Below, one piece after another: positions 1 to 19,529 of a DNA stretch of 64,000 nt. How positions within the stretch are numbered: position 1 is the stretch's first letter; each line of letters opens with the position of its first letter. Under the pieces are notes generated by a model, which saw nothing but the letters and a program-made list of their open reading frames with translations, was not told the origin of the DNA and searched no databases. This stretch comes from Auanema rhodensis (lineage: Eukaryota; Animalia; Nematoda): the NCBI GenBank assembly GCA_964057225.1, contig OZ059900.1, positions 6,138,001 through 6,202,000 of the forward strand, given 5' to 3'. The translations under genes and the position numbers were made by a program.

Positions 1-84
1 GCATAATAAAGAAACTAACCAATAATTTTTGTAATCACCAAAATGTTTAATCAACATGCTAGATGCTAATTCTAGAACACCAGT

Positions 85-4024
<3,940 letters not shown>

Positions 4025-7000
4025 CGTTACCGACCACAAGTTATTAACATCATTAATGAATAAAAAAGGCTATTCTGAAGTAGATTTGATTAAAAGAGAT
4101 TACAATACACATCAAATTCGATTAACAAGAAATAAAACCGACAAAAAATTCACAAAAAGAGAAAAAGGACATAGTTGATTCATTGAAAGCATAAAAATAC
4201 TCAAAGATGAGAAGAGAAGATTCAATTTAATATGAAAATCTTTTCAGTTTCTAGGTTTTGTTTAACAGAGCGAAATAGAAAAGTAAAAAAATCAATAGTA
4301 TAAATTTGAAAAAAATAATTAGTAGTTGGTGTACACACAAACAGTCCGTTGAAATATGATTGGACAGAGCAAGCGGTGGACAAAACAATATGCCAACTTT
4401 AGCCATTTGTAACGTTTGAAATTAAGAAAAACAAGAGAGAAGTTCGTTATCTTTGACAATTGTGTGAAAGAACGAGAGGAATGTATAGTTTACAATAGTA
4501 GAAGAAGAAGTGGTGGTAAGAACATTTTCCAAGACTTGATCTCAACAACAGTTGTAGCCAATTTCTTGAACTGAAGATGATTTTCTTACAAACTGAATAA
4601 ACAAATCTACTTGGGCATGTTTGTGTGCAGCGGAAGTGGAAAATCTTAGTTTGTATTCTGAACATGGCCAGAGGGGAAAATATATTTTTCTTACTTCCCA
4701 CGTCCTGAAGTAGGACAGCAAAATGAAATAAACGATAGAAATGAGAAAGACGTTTAATTTAAAAAAAACTTGAAACAAGTTGTATATGTTCGTTTATACG
4801 TTATTTTTAATCTGAATTCGAATACGTAACATCTTAGTTTTTTCACTGAAAGCAGAATGTGAAATTATCGGCTTTTATGAATAATTTTATATAATCATAA
4901 TATATATTCGGAAACAAAAACTCCAAACATATATATTTGTAGAAAAATTCGAAATGAAAAATTAAAATATATGACATCATGATTTTCATGGCGGCAAAAT
5001 ACGATGCAGACCAATGCTGGAGTAGATGTAACGAGATGGGAGTGGCTTGGACTAGAAGATATAGTCTGTTCGGAACATCATAAATCCCGAAAATGAGCAC
5101 AGCGTGCATGCACAAGTGTGCAACAAGATGATGCTATCGTCTATGTTGAAGAAATAACGATAAAGACAAGAAAATAGCCCCCATGGCATTATTTCTGATG
5201 TAGCACTTTAATCGCAAAAGAGAGGTCAAATAGTAACGTAGCACAAAATTCTCAAAGCAGGACGTCTGTTATTAAAAAATTCGAAAATACGATACAAAGA
5301 AAATGAGAAAAGCAACCATTTGAAAAAATAGTAAGTGAACAACTGATTAGTTTGATTCCGAAGCCAGATAGCTGGAAAACTAATTGAACAAGGAATGCAA
5401 GAGACGGATGTGTATGCCAAAAGAGGGACACGAGGGAAGTATATCACATAAGAAGAGCAATAGAAAGAGGTGAGTAAAGAGAAAAAGTAACAGAAGAGAA
5501 ACCAAAAAGGGTATAGAAACGAAAAGAAAAGAATAAGACAGCTCATGAATGTGGAAAAAGCCATCAAGCATTCTGTTTCACTTGGCGTGAGTTGGTTTCG
5601 TGTAACGTTGAATGATGCCATAAGAGTTGAGGCTAAGCCAAATTGATTGAGGCAATTAATAATGAGTTTATTAATTAAGGCAATTTCCTCAAATTTATAT
5701 AATCCAAATTAGAATGAAATCAATTTGTCCTCTGATCTCAGCGGCGTCCTACCTAATTATGGAGCAATCATGCGGAGGCTTACTAGACAATAAAATGGAA
5801 TTAATAAGAAGTTGAATCTTGATGCTAAGACGGAGCAAGATTTCTCAGAAATGGTGCCAATCTTAGCAGTACTAGTGGACCTAATGTTGTCTTTGGAAAT
5901 GGAGGAAGCAGGAACAAGAAAATATATATGTGTCATTCAACTAAAATTATATATGTACGAGATAAATTATAAGAAATGTTTATAAGGATAAGGCCATATG
6001 ATGCTGAACTTCGATCGCTTTCGAAATGAAGGCTTTCAAATCGTTATCCCATTTTTTCTATTTATTTGCTTCCTCTGTATTGGTCTTCACACAATAATAT
6101 TCGGCTTTTGAAGAGATTTTGTCCCAACTTGTCAAAGTATATGGGCATATGTTATATATGTAAGTTTCAACACTAGAAGCCTTTCATGTGAAATGTTGTC
6201 GATAAATCATAAAACTGAAAAATAATGTCGGCAATAGACAGCGATGAAGTACGACAAGATAAAAGAAAAAGAGCTTTTGATAGCAAGATGAATAGGAGAA
6301 GAAGGGATGAGTGAGAATGGAAAATATGAATATGAACTGAAAAGTTTGTAATAGAACTGATGATCAAAAAATTTGAACGAAAAAACATACTTCAAATAAG
6401 CGGCATCGAGAGAACAAGAGCCTTTCATCCAACATCCATTTTTTCATCTTCTATTTTATATGATAAGCATGATTCAGATTACATAAGAAGAGCACAAAAA
6501 AAAAGATTGAGAAACATGCTGATTTGGCTTCATTTTTTTGTTTTTACAAGTCCATTTTTAGATTCGATATACTCATTCTTAGTCAATATGTTATAATAAT
6601 GCATTATTCACTTAACTATTATCAGAGTGATCACAATAGAAGTGTTCACAACTTACTTGACAGAACTTGAAGCTAAAAAATAAAAATCTATGTGTTTAAT
6701 GAAAATAAAAGTTTTAATAAATGAAAGTGTTTGAAAATGGTCATTTACACACAAAAGCTTAAGTATAGAAATAGTAACAGTTCATAGAGTAAAGTTCATT
6801 TAACTACAAGAACGTTACAAGAAAAAGGCAGTCTAAAGATACATATTCTTATTTTATAAGTGACAGACAAAGAAATGTATAATGAATATTTTAAGGGAAA
6901 AAAGAATGAGGAAGAAGAAAATGGAGGATATGTAAAGATGAAGAAAAATGATGTTGCGGACATTGAGTGAAAAAGTGAGAGATGAATAGAATGAGAGGGA

Positions 7001-10000
7001 GGATAAGATAAGTGAGGTGGCATTTGAATAAAAAATAGGTCAAAGAGCAAATTGAAAAGCTTATTGGATGAATTAATGAATGCAAGAAAAAAACACCCGC
7101 AAAAGTTGCGATAAGCTACAAAGGTCGTAACGGGAACATAAAAACTGTAGCAGATACGATTGTTTGAAGAAAAATAGACGTTATTCATCATTTTAAATAG
7201 CTACTTATTACAATTATAATTTTGTTTGTACATAACAATAATGTTGAGCATTATAATTATAAATAACTAGTAAATGGCATAATGAAGTGGATATTAGGAA
7301 TAGAATATCATTAAAAGATATAGTCATTCATATAATGTTTGTTATTACATGTATATAAAATGATGATGATGAGAATAGCTCATAAATTTACCATTTTCGC
7401 ATTGCTTCAAACTGTTAAAAAGCTATATAATGTTTGTTTTATTGTATAGTACACTGGCTCAATTTCAAATTCGAAAAAAAAGCTGTTAAAAATATAAAAA
7501 AGCAAAATAAGAAAACATAGTTTTATATATATATATATATTCGGGCTTACTCAATGAGAACTATTTTTTTTTCACAATAGAATGAGAAGGATTTTACGTA
7601 TAATATAAACAAAATAGTAAAACTATAAATAATTTTCAACAGTTTTGCTGGGCATAATCGAGCAAATTCACGAAACAGCATAATTGGCGCGACAATAAAG
7701 GTAGTTTTTGGCTTTTTTCCCCTTAACTTCAATATTAACGAATTAACTATTTAGTGAATGTTATGGGAATTAAGATGCAAATGTAGCAGCAATAATCTAA
7801 ATTTGAAAAAAAAGTAGTTGGTTTTATATAGAAAATAGGTTGATATACAGACGCGAAAGTGACGACAAAAGGGCAGGCGAACGGCCGTCGTGTTGCAATA
7901 TTCAAATTGCAGTACTCTAACTTTGTGCCTACACACATAAAAAATAAAATAGAGACAGACAAGTGGATTGTAGAAATGACAAGAAAAATTGCAAAACGAA
8001 AAAGAGAAACGAGAGGTTAGCCTTAAACTAACCCTCGTATCCATCTTTTTCCCTTCTTTGGCGCTCAATAGCTACCCTCATGCTTCATCCAATAACGCTC
8101 TCTGACTGTCTAACATGCTCTCTGTGATTTGCACGCTCTCTCAGTATCTGTCTCTCTTTGCCAACGAGAAGCCTTCAGTGCCATCTATGTGCACACACAG
8201 AACCTACACATAGACACAAGAAGACGAGCGTACGAGCTTTCAACATGCATCTGGCATTTACATGAAAAACAGGCATGAATCGGCTTTTCGTAGTCAATGC
8301 TTTTCAACGTATGTAAGTCCCTCCCTGACGGCAATTGACTGCTCACGTTCAAAATGTTGTGTTGGTCAATGCATGGCGCCTATGCTATTTCTCAAACACT
8401 CTTCTGACCCTATGATCTCTCGCTTAATTTGCTTGCCTAGGCTCATTTATGCCCATATGCTATGCCCGCGTTCTCTGCGTATCTTGCCAGCTGGTCAGAG
8501 AAACGTTCATGATAGACCTCTGTCCCCAGTGGTCAAATGGCTGGACAGATGTCTTAGTCGCATATATACATGCACACGCATAACGCTCTTCTCGGTTTTC
8601 TGGCTCTATGTCTTCTAGCACTATTTTCTCTTAATCTCTTGCTTTCCCATGTTCCACGATTCTCAGAATATTAGTCAATCTTATATGGGTAACATGTATT
8701 TCTTCGTCATTATTTTCTCTCAGTTCTTCTCTAGCATGCTCTTCTTCATCCTATAGCTTCAAAGTAACATTATTTTCCTTATTGAATCTCATATATCAAG
8801 CTATATAGTTTGTTTTGAAAGATGCTTGAAACTGGCAAAAATTCAACGTATCCCTTGGAAAGGAAAGGAGAAATGTTAAAACGAATAAAGTCTGAAGCTT
8901 TCAAATATACAAAAAAACAAAACATGCGAAATAAACTAAAGCCTGACTGATGTAACTATCAAAAGTTCCCTAAAATGCACATAGACAGACAAGCTCAAAA
9001 TATTGAAATAATAAAAAACGTTTTTTCTAAAGAATTACAGGATTAAGTTGAGTTAAAATCGTTCATTGAGACCAATCCTGTATAAGCTTCAGTTCAATGT
9101 TATTTTACTTCTCATTCTCACGGACAAATTGCATATGAATATAAAATGTGTAAAAGACATACTTCAGTAGATCCGTCAACATAGGAAATATGAAAATTGT
9201 ATAAACGATTGAGCATGGAATAATCTTGAAAAATTCAACGGCTCAGACATGACCAGATACTCTGTATAGGGATTACTATTAGCTATTAATCTCTTGCTTG
9301 TGATCTTCTCAAAAGAGAAAGTTCTTTAAGACGTATACATATGCATATAGCTATCACACATTGATCAATTTGTGTTCGCACGTTCTTTTACAAAATCCCT
9401 CGTGTGATTTCTTAAATATACATCTCCCACGCATTCGTCTTATCTATTCAAAATAAGTCCAAAATAATCAGAATTAAATCCCATATTATGCTTTATATAT
9501 TTGACAATAATCAGATGTAGAATACACCTGTCTACCATTATTGCTGATGCAATTAAAGAGAAATTGGTTCGCACAAGCTATATTCACAATTTCTTCCATT
9601 GTTACATAAATGTTTATATGAAATAAATGATAAATTGTAGCGAAAACGGGAAATTGAAGCCAAACGATTGTTATTACAACCTTGATATCCATTTGTATAT
9701 ATCATACTTCTTGAAACTGTTCAATATTTGAATCTTTGATGTTTATCATATATGTATATATGTTTTTCATTTACTATATCTGAATACATATAAAATTGAA
9801 TAGTTTTTTTGGTTCTTTAAACTTAAATGATAACATTATAATAAATAAAAATGGAATTTTAAGTATTCTTAATAGAACGAGAAGAAGATATTCAGTTGGA
9901 ATACTCATTCATAATATTCGATTATATCTTCAACATTTTCATTCATATTCATATATATTAGATATATACATATTAAAGAAAATTGTAACAAATCTTATAT

Positions 10001-11539
10001 TGTGAATGAGCTTTTTATTTTTCATTTCAGAGCTTGAAATTAAAAAAAAACTTATGGTAAAAACGAATCAGAAATAATCAAAACCTGACCATTGCTAGTG
10101 AGTTGTGGCTACTTTTGCCAGAACTGTAATGAATAAAATTTTCTCAAAGTTTAAAATGGCAGCTAAAACGATAACCAAAAATTAAGCAAAATAAATAGAA
10201 AAAATGACCAATATCAACGGTTTGGATGAGCAACAACAGAACGTAAGATGAAGTTCTGTCGAAAGCTTTTACTATAGATTCAAGGCAAATTTTCCCAACA
10301 GGATTCTCTGTTAAAGAGAAAAGAAAAACGGTTAAAAAGGTATAAATACTCATTATTCGGAACTTAGTTCTAGATGGAAATCCTCGATTAGAAAAGCAAA
10401 GCAAGTGACGTTTGGAGAGAATAGCCATACCACAAGCAAGGAAAGTATTAATAAGCATTTCCAATAAGAATCTTGGGTGAAATGAAACTTTTCATCATAC
10501 ATACAAAAATATTTTAAAAGAATATTAAATGATATAATGATATTCATTAATATTAGATCAAAATTGAATAATTTGAAATAATTTGTTATATAAATCAATT
10601 AAAATACCTGCATTTAATTGAGTTGAAAGCCAAAAAATGACTATATGCTCAGAAATTTTCGTATATTTGGAAATCACTCTTATTTAGATAACAACACAAA
10701 TATGCAAAGAAAGAACGTTACCGGAGAATGTTCTCAAAATATAACAACAACTACTACACGAATTTTTCATTATTCTCTCGATCTATCTAGCATTCTTTCT
10801 TTACTTTCTCTCTGTATCTCACTATTCAATGTTTTTCTTCTTTCCTTTTTTCTTTCTTTCTCTATGTCTCTTTTTCTCTTTTTTTTCATCACACACTGGC
10901 AGGAGCGTGATAATCGGGTGGACGAGCTGGGTTATTTAGCAAGCACAAGACGAAAACAAGCTAATTCATACACTAGCTGGATGAACATGCTGAATTTGGC
11001 AGAAAAAAAGAAAAAAGAAAATCACAAATACTATAATGTAGTACATCAAGAATAAGAAATAAAGTTCAGAGAGTTGGAAGTTACATAAATGGTAACTAAG
11101 CAGTTCTATAGAAAAGTTGGAAAGAAAAAAATGGTTGGGAGTTCCATAAAGCGATCGAAGAAACAATTGCCAGGAAATAGTCGTTATATAAACGCCAAAA
11201 GTTACTGCTTATTGCTATGGAAGAAAGTAAAAAAAATAAAATGACAGAAAAGCCAAAAAATAGTGCAAAGTTTTGAGAAATATGGAGAATTAACCAAAGA
11301 ATAATGGCAGCTTTCTTGAAGTTTGTGGCATAACACCATGAAACATCTTTTTGAAAGCTTTTGATTGGTGCAATGACGGCAGCAAATCAATTCTTCTTAT
11401 GTACCCACATAGGGGTACAGAGTGGTAGTGGTCTCTGACAGCTTCAATAGGACAGAAGCTCTAAGCTTGCGAACGAACAAGTGAGAGAGAGTAATCGAGA
11501 GAACAGAGGGAGAAAAGAGTAAAAACAGAAAAAGAATAC

Positions 11540-11546
<7 letters not shown>

Positions 11547-11581
<35 letters not shown>
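11547..11581. repeat. (GA)n microsatellite
   Basis: Uninterrupted GA dinucleotide run. Confidence 0.9.
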
Positions 11582-11584
<3 letters not shown>

Positions 11585-12470
11585 ATATGATAGAAGGATG
11601 AAAATATATTGAAAGTAAAAAGAGCTAAACGGAAAGGATAAAGACATTAAAAGAGAATGAGAGAAGGAGAGAAAGAATTGCAGCTGGCAGAGCTAGGCAA
11701 GCAAGAGAAGAGAATAGTGAACACATGGCGACCGACATATAAGCCCTTCTTGGGTAACCCTTGCGGTCAGTAGGGTTGCGCATTTGAGTCATGCCTTATT
11801 CAGCTGCTTGATGATGAAGACCCTGATGGCAAATACAAATGCACTCTCTAAGAGGGCGGCCTTCAACTGCTCTTGCTACGTTGAAGACAAGAAGTGCGTG
11901 AGAGAGAAAAGAGAATAGCATGAATGAGAGAATGAGAATGAACTGAAGAACGATGATAAATGAGCAAAATGCTGTAGTTAGCACTAGAATGTTGAATCTT
12001 AATTATGGGTCTTCAGGGGTCATTCAGGATAGGATGAGAGCGAAAGTGTTAGAGGAAGTATGTGAGAGAGCACAAATATATTGAACACATGGCCATAGAT
12101 TGGCAACTTACAAAACAAAAGCCTGAAAATTGGAAGATAAAGAAGTATGTATATATGAAAAATAGGAATAACATAATTAATTATAAATGAAAAGAAATCA
12201 TCAATGAAAAAAAAAGAAATAACAATATGGATTAGTAGATCAAACTATATTCTATTTTAATAAGTAAGAAGACATAATATTATTATATCCAGAAGATAAA
12301 TAGGAAATGGGTCATTATTTTTGCTATAAAGACCTCATTAGAAGGAAAAAGACTGAAAAGTAAAACAAAATATATATTCATTCGACAAGCAAAGCTAAAA
12401 CATTTACGACACTAACATTTCACAACAGTTACACAACATACATATTCAACCCATTTCAGAATTTTTTTGA

Positions 12471-15400
12471 CTAATTTTGTTCCAGTAGCTTGCTCTCACA
12501 TGCTTTAGTATCTACGTTATCGGTTCGAGTGAAACTGGCTGGCCTTCCTTGTATCCATAAACAGAAAATGGCATTTGAAATTATCAAAATACTTCCGTGA
12601 ATGATAAACAGCCAAAACCATTGATTCCAAGTAGACTGAGGTGCAATATAGTCGACTGCAAGTTAATATAAGAAAAGTAAGAAAAAAAATTAATAATTGA
12701 TTGTAGTTTAGTCACATGAAAAATCATTCTGCTATTTTTCCATAAGAAATCCAAAAAAGAAAATGCAAAGAATTAAGAAGTAGACTTTTTTTGTGTTGAA
12801 GGTAAATAATATGATTATTCACAAAAAAATAGAGCAAAAAATAATAAAAAATGACATTTCAAATTAAAGATTGAAGTTAAAAAAGTGATAATATTGAAGA
12901 GAGTGTTTGCGACAAAAAATTTTTCGAATTAATATGGTAATATAGGTATAAATTATTCAAAGAATAAGGTTGTGCAAAAAAATGAATAATCAAATTAAGT
13001 TATAAATTCATGAAAATTTAACAGCTAATAACTATGCTATATTGTAAAATATAGATATTTACTATAGATACAAGTAAATGTTGCAAAACAAATATTTTCA
13101 TATGCTTGTTAGCGTATTGAGAGAGTTGTTTGAGTAATATTGCAATTCTAGTTCAAAATTTGCATAATTATTCAAAATTTCAGTGTAAGCAACTAAACGA
13201 TGAAGAAAAAAAATAAAATTGAAGAAAGTTGGAGAAATGTATAAGATTTGAAGTAATCCATAACTGTTCTAAGGGGTTTTATGGCATTTTTTTACTATGC
13301 GATATATTCGAAAGCATTTCAAGTTATATATAAATATATATTTATTTATACCTTTTGAATAAATCAACCTATAATATGTATCAATTTTCTAGAAGAAACA
13401 AGAATGTATCTCAATTATTTTGAATGTTCAGGTTAGTGGCATTAGATTTATGACTTGCAAGAATACAAATTTTGAAAAAAATCAAAAAAAAAAGGGGGAA
13501 AGGTTTCCGTGATACAAGGATGATTGCTGCTGCCTACGACAACAAGAATTCTTTCGACATTTTTTCAAGAACTTGAAGCACCAAAAATCACTATTTGAAA
13601 TTCATTCAGTTGTTTTTGCTCGTTTATAAATAGTCATTGTCAATAAAAAATTCATAATAGGAATGTGCTGAACATTTCTAAGAATTCATCAAAAAATGTT
13701 TTATATGTATATAAGCTAGATGGGCATGAAATTTCAACTTTTTCGAAAGTGAAGTTGAAATGCTTATTTTTTTTTGTTAGGTTGATAGTGAATTCATTTT
13801 CAAGAAAAAAATGTTAAAATGCTTGAGCGGTTGTCTATGCTGAAAGAATGATGAATGAGCGTTCAAAAAGCAAGCATGTATAGAGTAGCTCAGCTGTGAA
13901 TTAGCTCATAGAATGAAAGGAATGTTACCCAAAAATGGCTCCAAAATTGTGCTTGTCGTCAAGATAAATCCGTATAATGTAAGCATCATATGTCCATGCT
14001 GTCTATAAAATATGAATATATCAGAAATTTTTCAGAAAATTTAATGAAATATAAAAACAATTTCCCATTGAAGCTTTTTATTCTGTGAATAAGTAATGCC
14101 TGGTAGGAGTAAGTTTAATAGTTACCTGCCTACGATCACGGCTGCTTTATTAAAGCCAGCTGCGTTAAATCCAATGATTCCTTGCATAAGAGCCAAAAAT
14201 ACAGCGCATGTGTACTGAAAATTGTTAAATCGGTTGGAAAAAAGAAACTATTTTCAGGCTTTTAGTTAAAAAAATGACTTTTAAGTAGAAAACGATAAAG
14301 TTGATGAAAAAAGTATGAGCATGTTTGAAAGGTCAACAGTGTTGAAGCTGAACAGAATTTTCTGCATGAGAGAACTCAGAAATATTCCATAATTTTAAAA
14401 CATTTGCAAGAAACTAGTTTTTCTACTCAAAAAAGAAACGTATATTTTAACTCAACACATAAGTAACACATAAGTAGTAAAGTAGTATATTTCATAAAAC
14501 ATTTAGAGTACCAACCTTATTTCTTTCAGGTATAAATGCTGTGAGAATAGCCATACAACCACAAAGTCCCAATGACAATGTGTTAAATACACGCAACTTA
14601 ATGCTTTCATTAGCTTTCCAATTATCCGTCAATTTTCCTTAATTTTCAAATTGACCAGAAGATTTTTTTTTCATAAAATAATAGTCGTAAAACAAAATTT
14701 TTTGTTAAAGGAAGAATTTCTAAAAGCAATGTGATCATCGTTTTTTCGAATTAAGTTTCTATGTAATTGTACACAAAGTTCTCAGGCTAATTTCTCTTTT
14801 TTCATACTAAAGAGACGTATTTTACTTCCCATCGAATCTTTGAGAACATTAATGTTTCAGTCTCTAGAGAGTTTAAGAGTTAAATCTTTTTCTGTAGCAT
14901 AGCTGAGTACACATAAATTCTCAGCGATTGCTATATAGAGAATATTCGAAAATGTAGAAAAACTATATAAGATGTATTGAAATCAAGAATGTGAGAATGA
15001 GTGATGAGAGAGGAAGAAATTGACAAAACCATGTTGTGAAAAAAAGAGAATTTGATTCCAAATTGAAAACTAGAATGCCATTAAAGTTGAGCATTAAGAA
15101 TCATTGTAGAAAATGCTCAAATTGGCGAAAGGACATTAGCCAAACTCATTGTTTTCATTGGAAACTGGGAAAAAATTTGAAAGTGGCAATTGTTAGAAAT
15201 AATAGGAAAAAAAATCTATCCATTTTTGTAAAAATGGGTAATATTATTCATAAGAATATACTGAATTCAAAATAGAATTTTAGTTTAATTGCAGAAAAAA
15301 ATAATAATGGCAAATAATAGAGGAAAAAAAGATTTTTCAGAAAATGAGAGGAATTAAAAAGAAAAATCAGATAAGAATTAGAAGAAGAACGGCAATTAGA

Positions 15401-17764
15401 ATTGAAAGACAAACGTAAGCTTGATGAAGCTTCAAGATAATTGAGAGAGAGAGAGAGAGAACCTTGGAAATGTTAGATATGAAGCCGAATAAATGGAAAA
15501 CGATTAGACTGAGCCTAAACCATATTATAAGAAACTAATGTTATATTTCACAAAATCATTCAAACATTTTCCGCATAGGAAATTGAATTGAAAACTGCTA
15601 TGAGCAAAAGTGTTTTTTTTTGTAGAGACTTGAAGAGCAGTATTGAATTCCGGAGCTTTTCACTTCTCATCAAAACAGTCACAAGAAAGGAAAAAGTATT
15701 TGAGCTTGCCTCTATAAAACTCGTTGTTGTGTGTAAAAGCTTGTAGTGAAATCCACCTCTTTTTCGTCACATACTTTCTAACTTTCGACTATTTTTAGAG
15801 CGAAAACGGTTCAAATATCAAATCCGGAATCGCAAGAATTTTAAAATCTTCAATTTCAAGAAGCGAATGACAAAATTAAAAAATCCAATTTCAATATACT
15901 TTTCAAAGCATTTCGAAACAAGCCAAATAGTTAAACTAGCTAGTTTGAAAATCAAACAAAAATAACTAACCACTGATTATCTTAGTGAGCAGTTGCATAG
16001 CAAATGAAAATGAATTAAAGTGAGATGCTTCCATATCTGTCATATGTAACCCTTTCTTCATAATAGCGTTCGAAAATATAACAAATGGTGATACGCCGTT
16101 GTAATTTCCTACGCAGGCAATTAGGCAAGCCCAAACCAGCTTTGATTTTAACAATTTTCTGAAAATGAAAATAAAAAAAGTAAATGAATTAAGTAACTAT
16201 GGAACTGTGAAATAACAATTAGATATAGAAAAATAAAACTATTTTCATTATATGTATAGCATACTTCCAAGGCACAGGAGCACGCTTCTTCTCAATGTCT
16301 GATTTACCATTTTCGATTAACTAAAAGAGATATACGTAATTATAACTAAATAATTGAGTTCAATTAATTGAGAATGTTGTGAGTGATGGCTTAGACAAAC
16401 TAGGACACATCTGTCCTATTAGCTCTCAACAATGCCATATGTCAATTAGAGCAAAATCGAAATTTCACAGAGCTTCTTTCATCAAAGCTAGTAAAAAGGA
16501 TTAAAAACGACTTTGCTTATACAATTTGAAAATGAATATATGCATATGTATATATTTTTATGTACATAAATATCAATAAAAGGGAATAAGCATATATATA
16601 CCTGAACTTCTTTTTCATTCATCCAAGGATGAGAGGACGGATCATCTCGGTAAAATATTAACCACAAAATGCCAATACTCATTGAGACAATACCATTAAA
16701 ATAAAAGAGACTTCGCCAATTATATTGCTCGCAAAGTGGTCCAGAAGTTATCATTAAAAACAACAATCCAATCTAGAAATATAGCAACGATCAGAAACTT
16801 AGTTAAAGCAAAAACCTGAGAATAGCAAGTCAGAACAGCGATAAAAATTCCAAGTTCATTTTGAGGTGCCCATAGTGAAGATATACGACCAATAAGAGGA
16901 ATTGTTGGAGCAACAACAGCTCCTTGTAAAATTCTAAGTTACAGCACTGTATCCATTATAAAAAAACATGTATATAGTTATAAAATAACAAATTATGCAC
17001 AGTGCAATCAGCATTACAAATCTGAATACACAAAACGTGCTATAAATTAATTCTGAACATGAACATGAAAATAAAATAATATATTTGGTTTTTCACTAGT
17101 AGATTCATAGATCATGCGATTATTTATAAAATATTGATCATGATATGATCAAATTTTAAATATTTTGATCTTCTTACTTGAGCGGTAATACTGAGTGTGG
17201 ACTCCAGTCATACATAAATGGAATAATGAACGTAAGAATTGAAGATAATATAGTAACTACAAAAATCATTAGGCGTAATGACATTTTCTAAAGAAAATGC
17301 AAATAAGTATCGCAGATATTCACAAACAATACTTGTTAGATATGAAAAAACGCACCTGGAACTGATCAGATAACATGAATGCTAACATTATTGCTGTTCC
17401 GAATGGGTATGCTGAATAGAGATATTTCAGCTCGTTTTCATCAAAGTACATAACTTCTGAATGTGAAGGGTTTCTATAAATCAAAACGTTATCTGTAATA
17501 AATAATTGTGATCAACTGTTCGTATACAGCTCTTGCTCCTTCTGTACTATTGATACCGCATGCAACCGCAAAATTGAATGCAAAACTACATGATAATGCT
17601 ATACCAGCTATTGATGTTGCTAGTATGAGTACAACAACTCGAAGAAATGGTATTTCTTTGATCTATAATACATTTCAACAGATATATCGTAATAATACTA
17701 TAAAAATAGTTAATTTGAAAAATATAAGTAGACTATATTAATTAATTTTAAGTAAACTAACCAT
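12471..17764 (-). CDS. MFS transporter, nematode SLC17-like anion:cation symporter family (multi-exon)
   Basis: Exons read M|IKEIPFLRVVVLILATSIAGIALSCSFAFNFAVACG, GAVVAPTIPLIGRISSLWAPQNELGIFIAVLTCYSQ, SGPLCEQYNWRSLFYFNG..FYRDDPSSHPWMNEKE, GFNAAGFNKAAVIVGR, and a last exon VDYIAPQSTWNQWFWLFIIHG..GRPASFT..EQN* (TAG at 12471-12473). These motifs are typical of nematode SLC17-type MFS proteins. Confidence 0.85.
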
Positions 17765-19529
17765 TTTATTCTATTTTTTTGTTAATTTAGTTACTCAGAA
17801 ATGTTCGACAAATGAAATATTTGCTGAAATATTGTCTTTACGTCAATAAAATGTTTTAATGTATAACTAAACAGAATAAACAATTAGTTCTTAACTTACT
17901 AGGAAAAAAGAAATAAACAGCAAAATTATTTTATTAATATTTATTATGAAAATAGATATTGTAAAAGAATACAGAGGAAACACTGCATAGTTGGCGAAAG
18001 TTTCACTGCTTTTGAGTTGGTCGTTCTAATCGGATGATCGGAAATAGTCAGTAAACATGAATCAAACAGTTATATGAAGAAAGAAAAAACGAACAAAAAA
18101 CGTTTCGTAACATATTCCATGAAATATCAGTTTTCTATGATTCAAAAATGAAGAAAAAACTCTGGAAAAGTTGGAATTATCATTGACTTTTCAATTTATT
18201 AATGAAACATACATCATAATAATTAATATAATATAACAAAAAATAAAATAAATCTGAAACTACATATCAATTATAAAAGAAAAGTTTTTATTTGATTAGA
18301 TTTGTGAATACAAATTATATAATAGCTTTAAAATAGATAAAAATAGAGCTATTTTGCAACATTTGCATAAAAGTACTCATAACAATCAACAATAACACTG
18401 AAAATTTAATCTTTTTTCATCTGATATGAAAATCTAAGAAGAAATAGGTTCATATACCATAACAGAAAAACATATAAACAAGAAAAAGATAATGTTGAAA
18501 CAGGAGGTTAACTACTAATTACATATATTGACTATAATTTATATTCATTCAATAAACTATAAACATAGTTATCATTCAAATAGAATTTTGTATTTTTCTT
18601 TATTTATCCATAATTGAAGATTGAAAGTTTTGAAAGTCGATTGTCTTTATTGGTAAACTTTTCTTCTTCGAGAGCAAAAAGAAGAAGATAAATATTGTTT
18701 TCTCTCTTTACACGTCTTCAGAAGATATTGCCAATTCATATATCTATTCAGATATCTATTTCAATTGATTTTACGTACTTTTCAAAATATTCTTGATCTA
18801 TTACATATGTGACATTCTTCATTAGTTTCAATAAATCATCAAATATCTACATATATATGTATATGTATAATTCATTTTCGATAATTTTATTTTGTCTTAT
18901 TTTCATATATATCTGACGTTGCCGTCTTCTTTACATTATTCTAAAAAATTTGCATTTTGTTTTTCTATATATATGGTTGTATCATCCATTCTTGTCCTAG
19001 CATGTGACCTTCTTCAATTCTTTCATCTTTTTTTTTGAAATTTGTCTCACATTTACTTTTCAGCATGTGTAATCCTAATCGAAGGAATGTTATCTCAATG
19101 TTTATCACCTTTTCTCCAAACTTATTTTCCAAACCGAGTGTACTTACTGACCTAACCAGCTACTCAAGTTCGAATACTCATAGATTAGTAACCTAAATTC
19201 TTTGTGTAAATTCGCACATGATATTTGATTGTTTTAAACATGAATCTTATTTAATTCCCTGTAGATGCGCATCAAATATGCTGCAATAGATAACTCTTAG
19301 CCAATTTGTACATCAATTCAATGACTTATCTCTTTTAAATGTACACAGTGATAAATGAGTATTACAGTCAATTGTCTTCATATCATAATTTTTATTTCAT
19401 TTAGTAATTATCATTATCATTGAAAATATTTTAAATTATCGTAATAGTCAATTTTATTTTGTGGTTGCATCATAGAACATTTTGAAAATATAGAAAATTA
19501 ACAAAAGCAAATCACTCTTTTTGGAATAA

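Noticed and set aside
4400-12000. Many hydrophobic or low-complexity ORFs upstream of sad-1 (and likewise at 58400-64000 upstream of unc-9)
   Set aside because: F/L/I/S-rich translations are expected from AT- and GA-rich noncoding DNA. There are no conserved motifs or coherent exon chains. These are likely long regulatory regions of neuronal genes.
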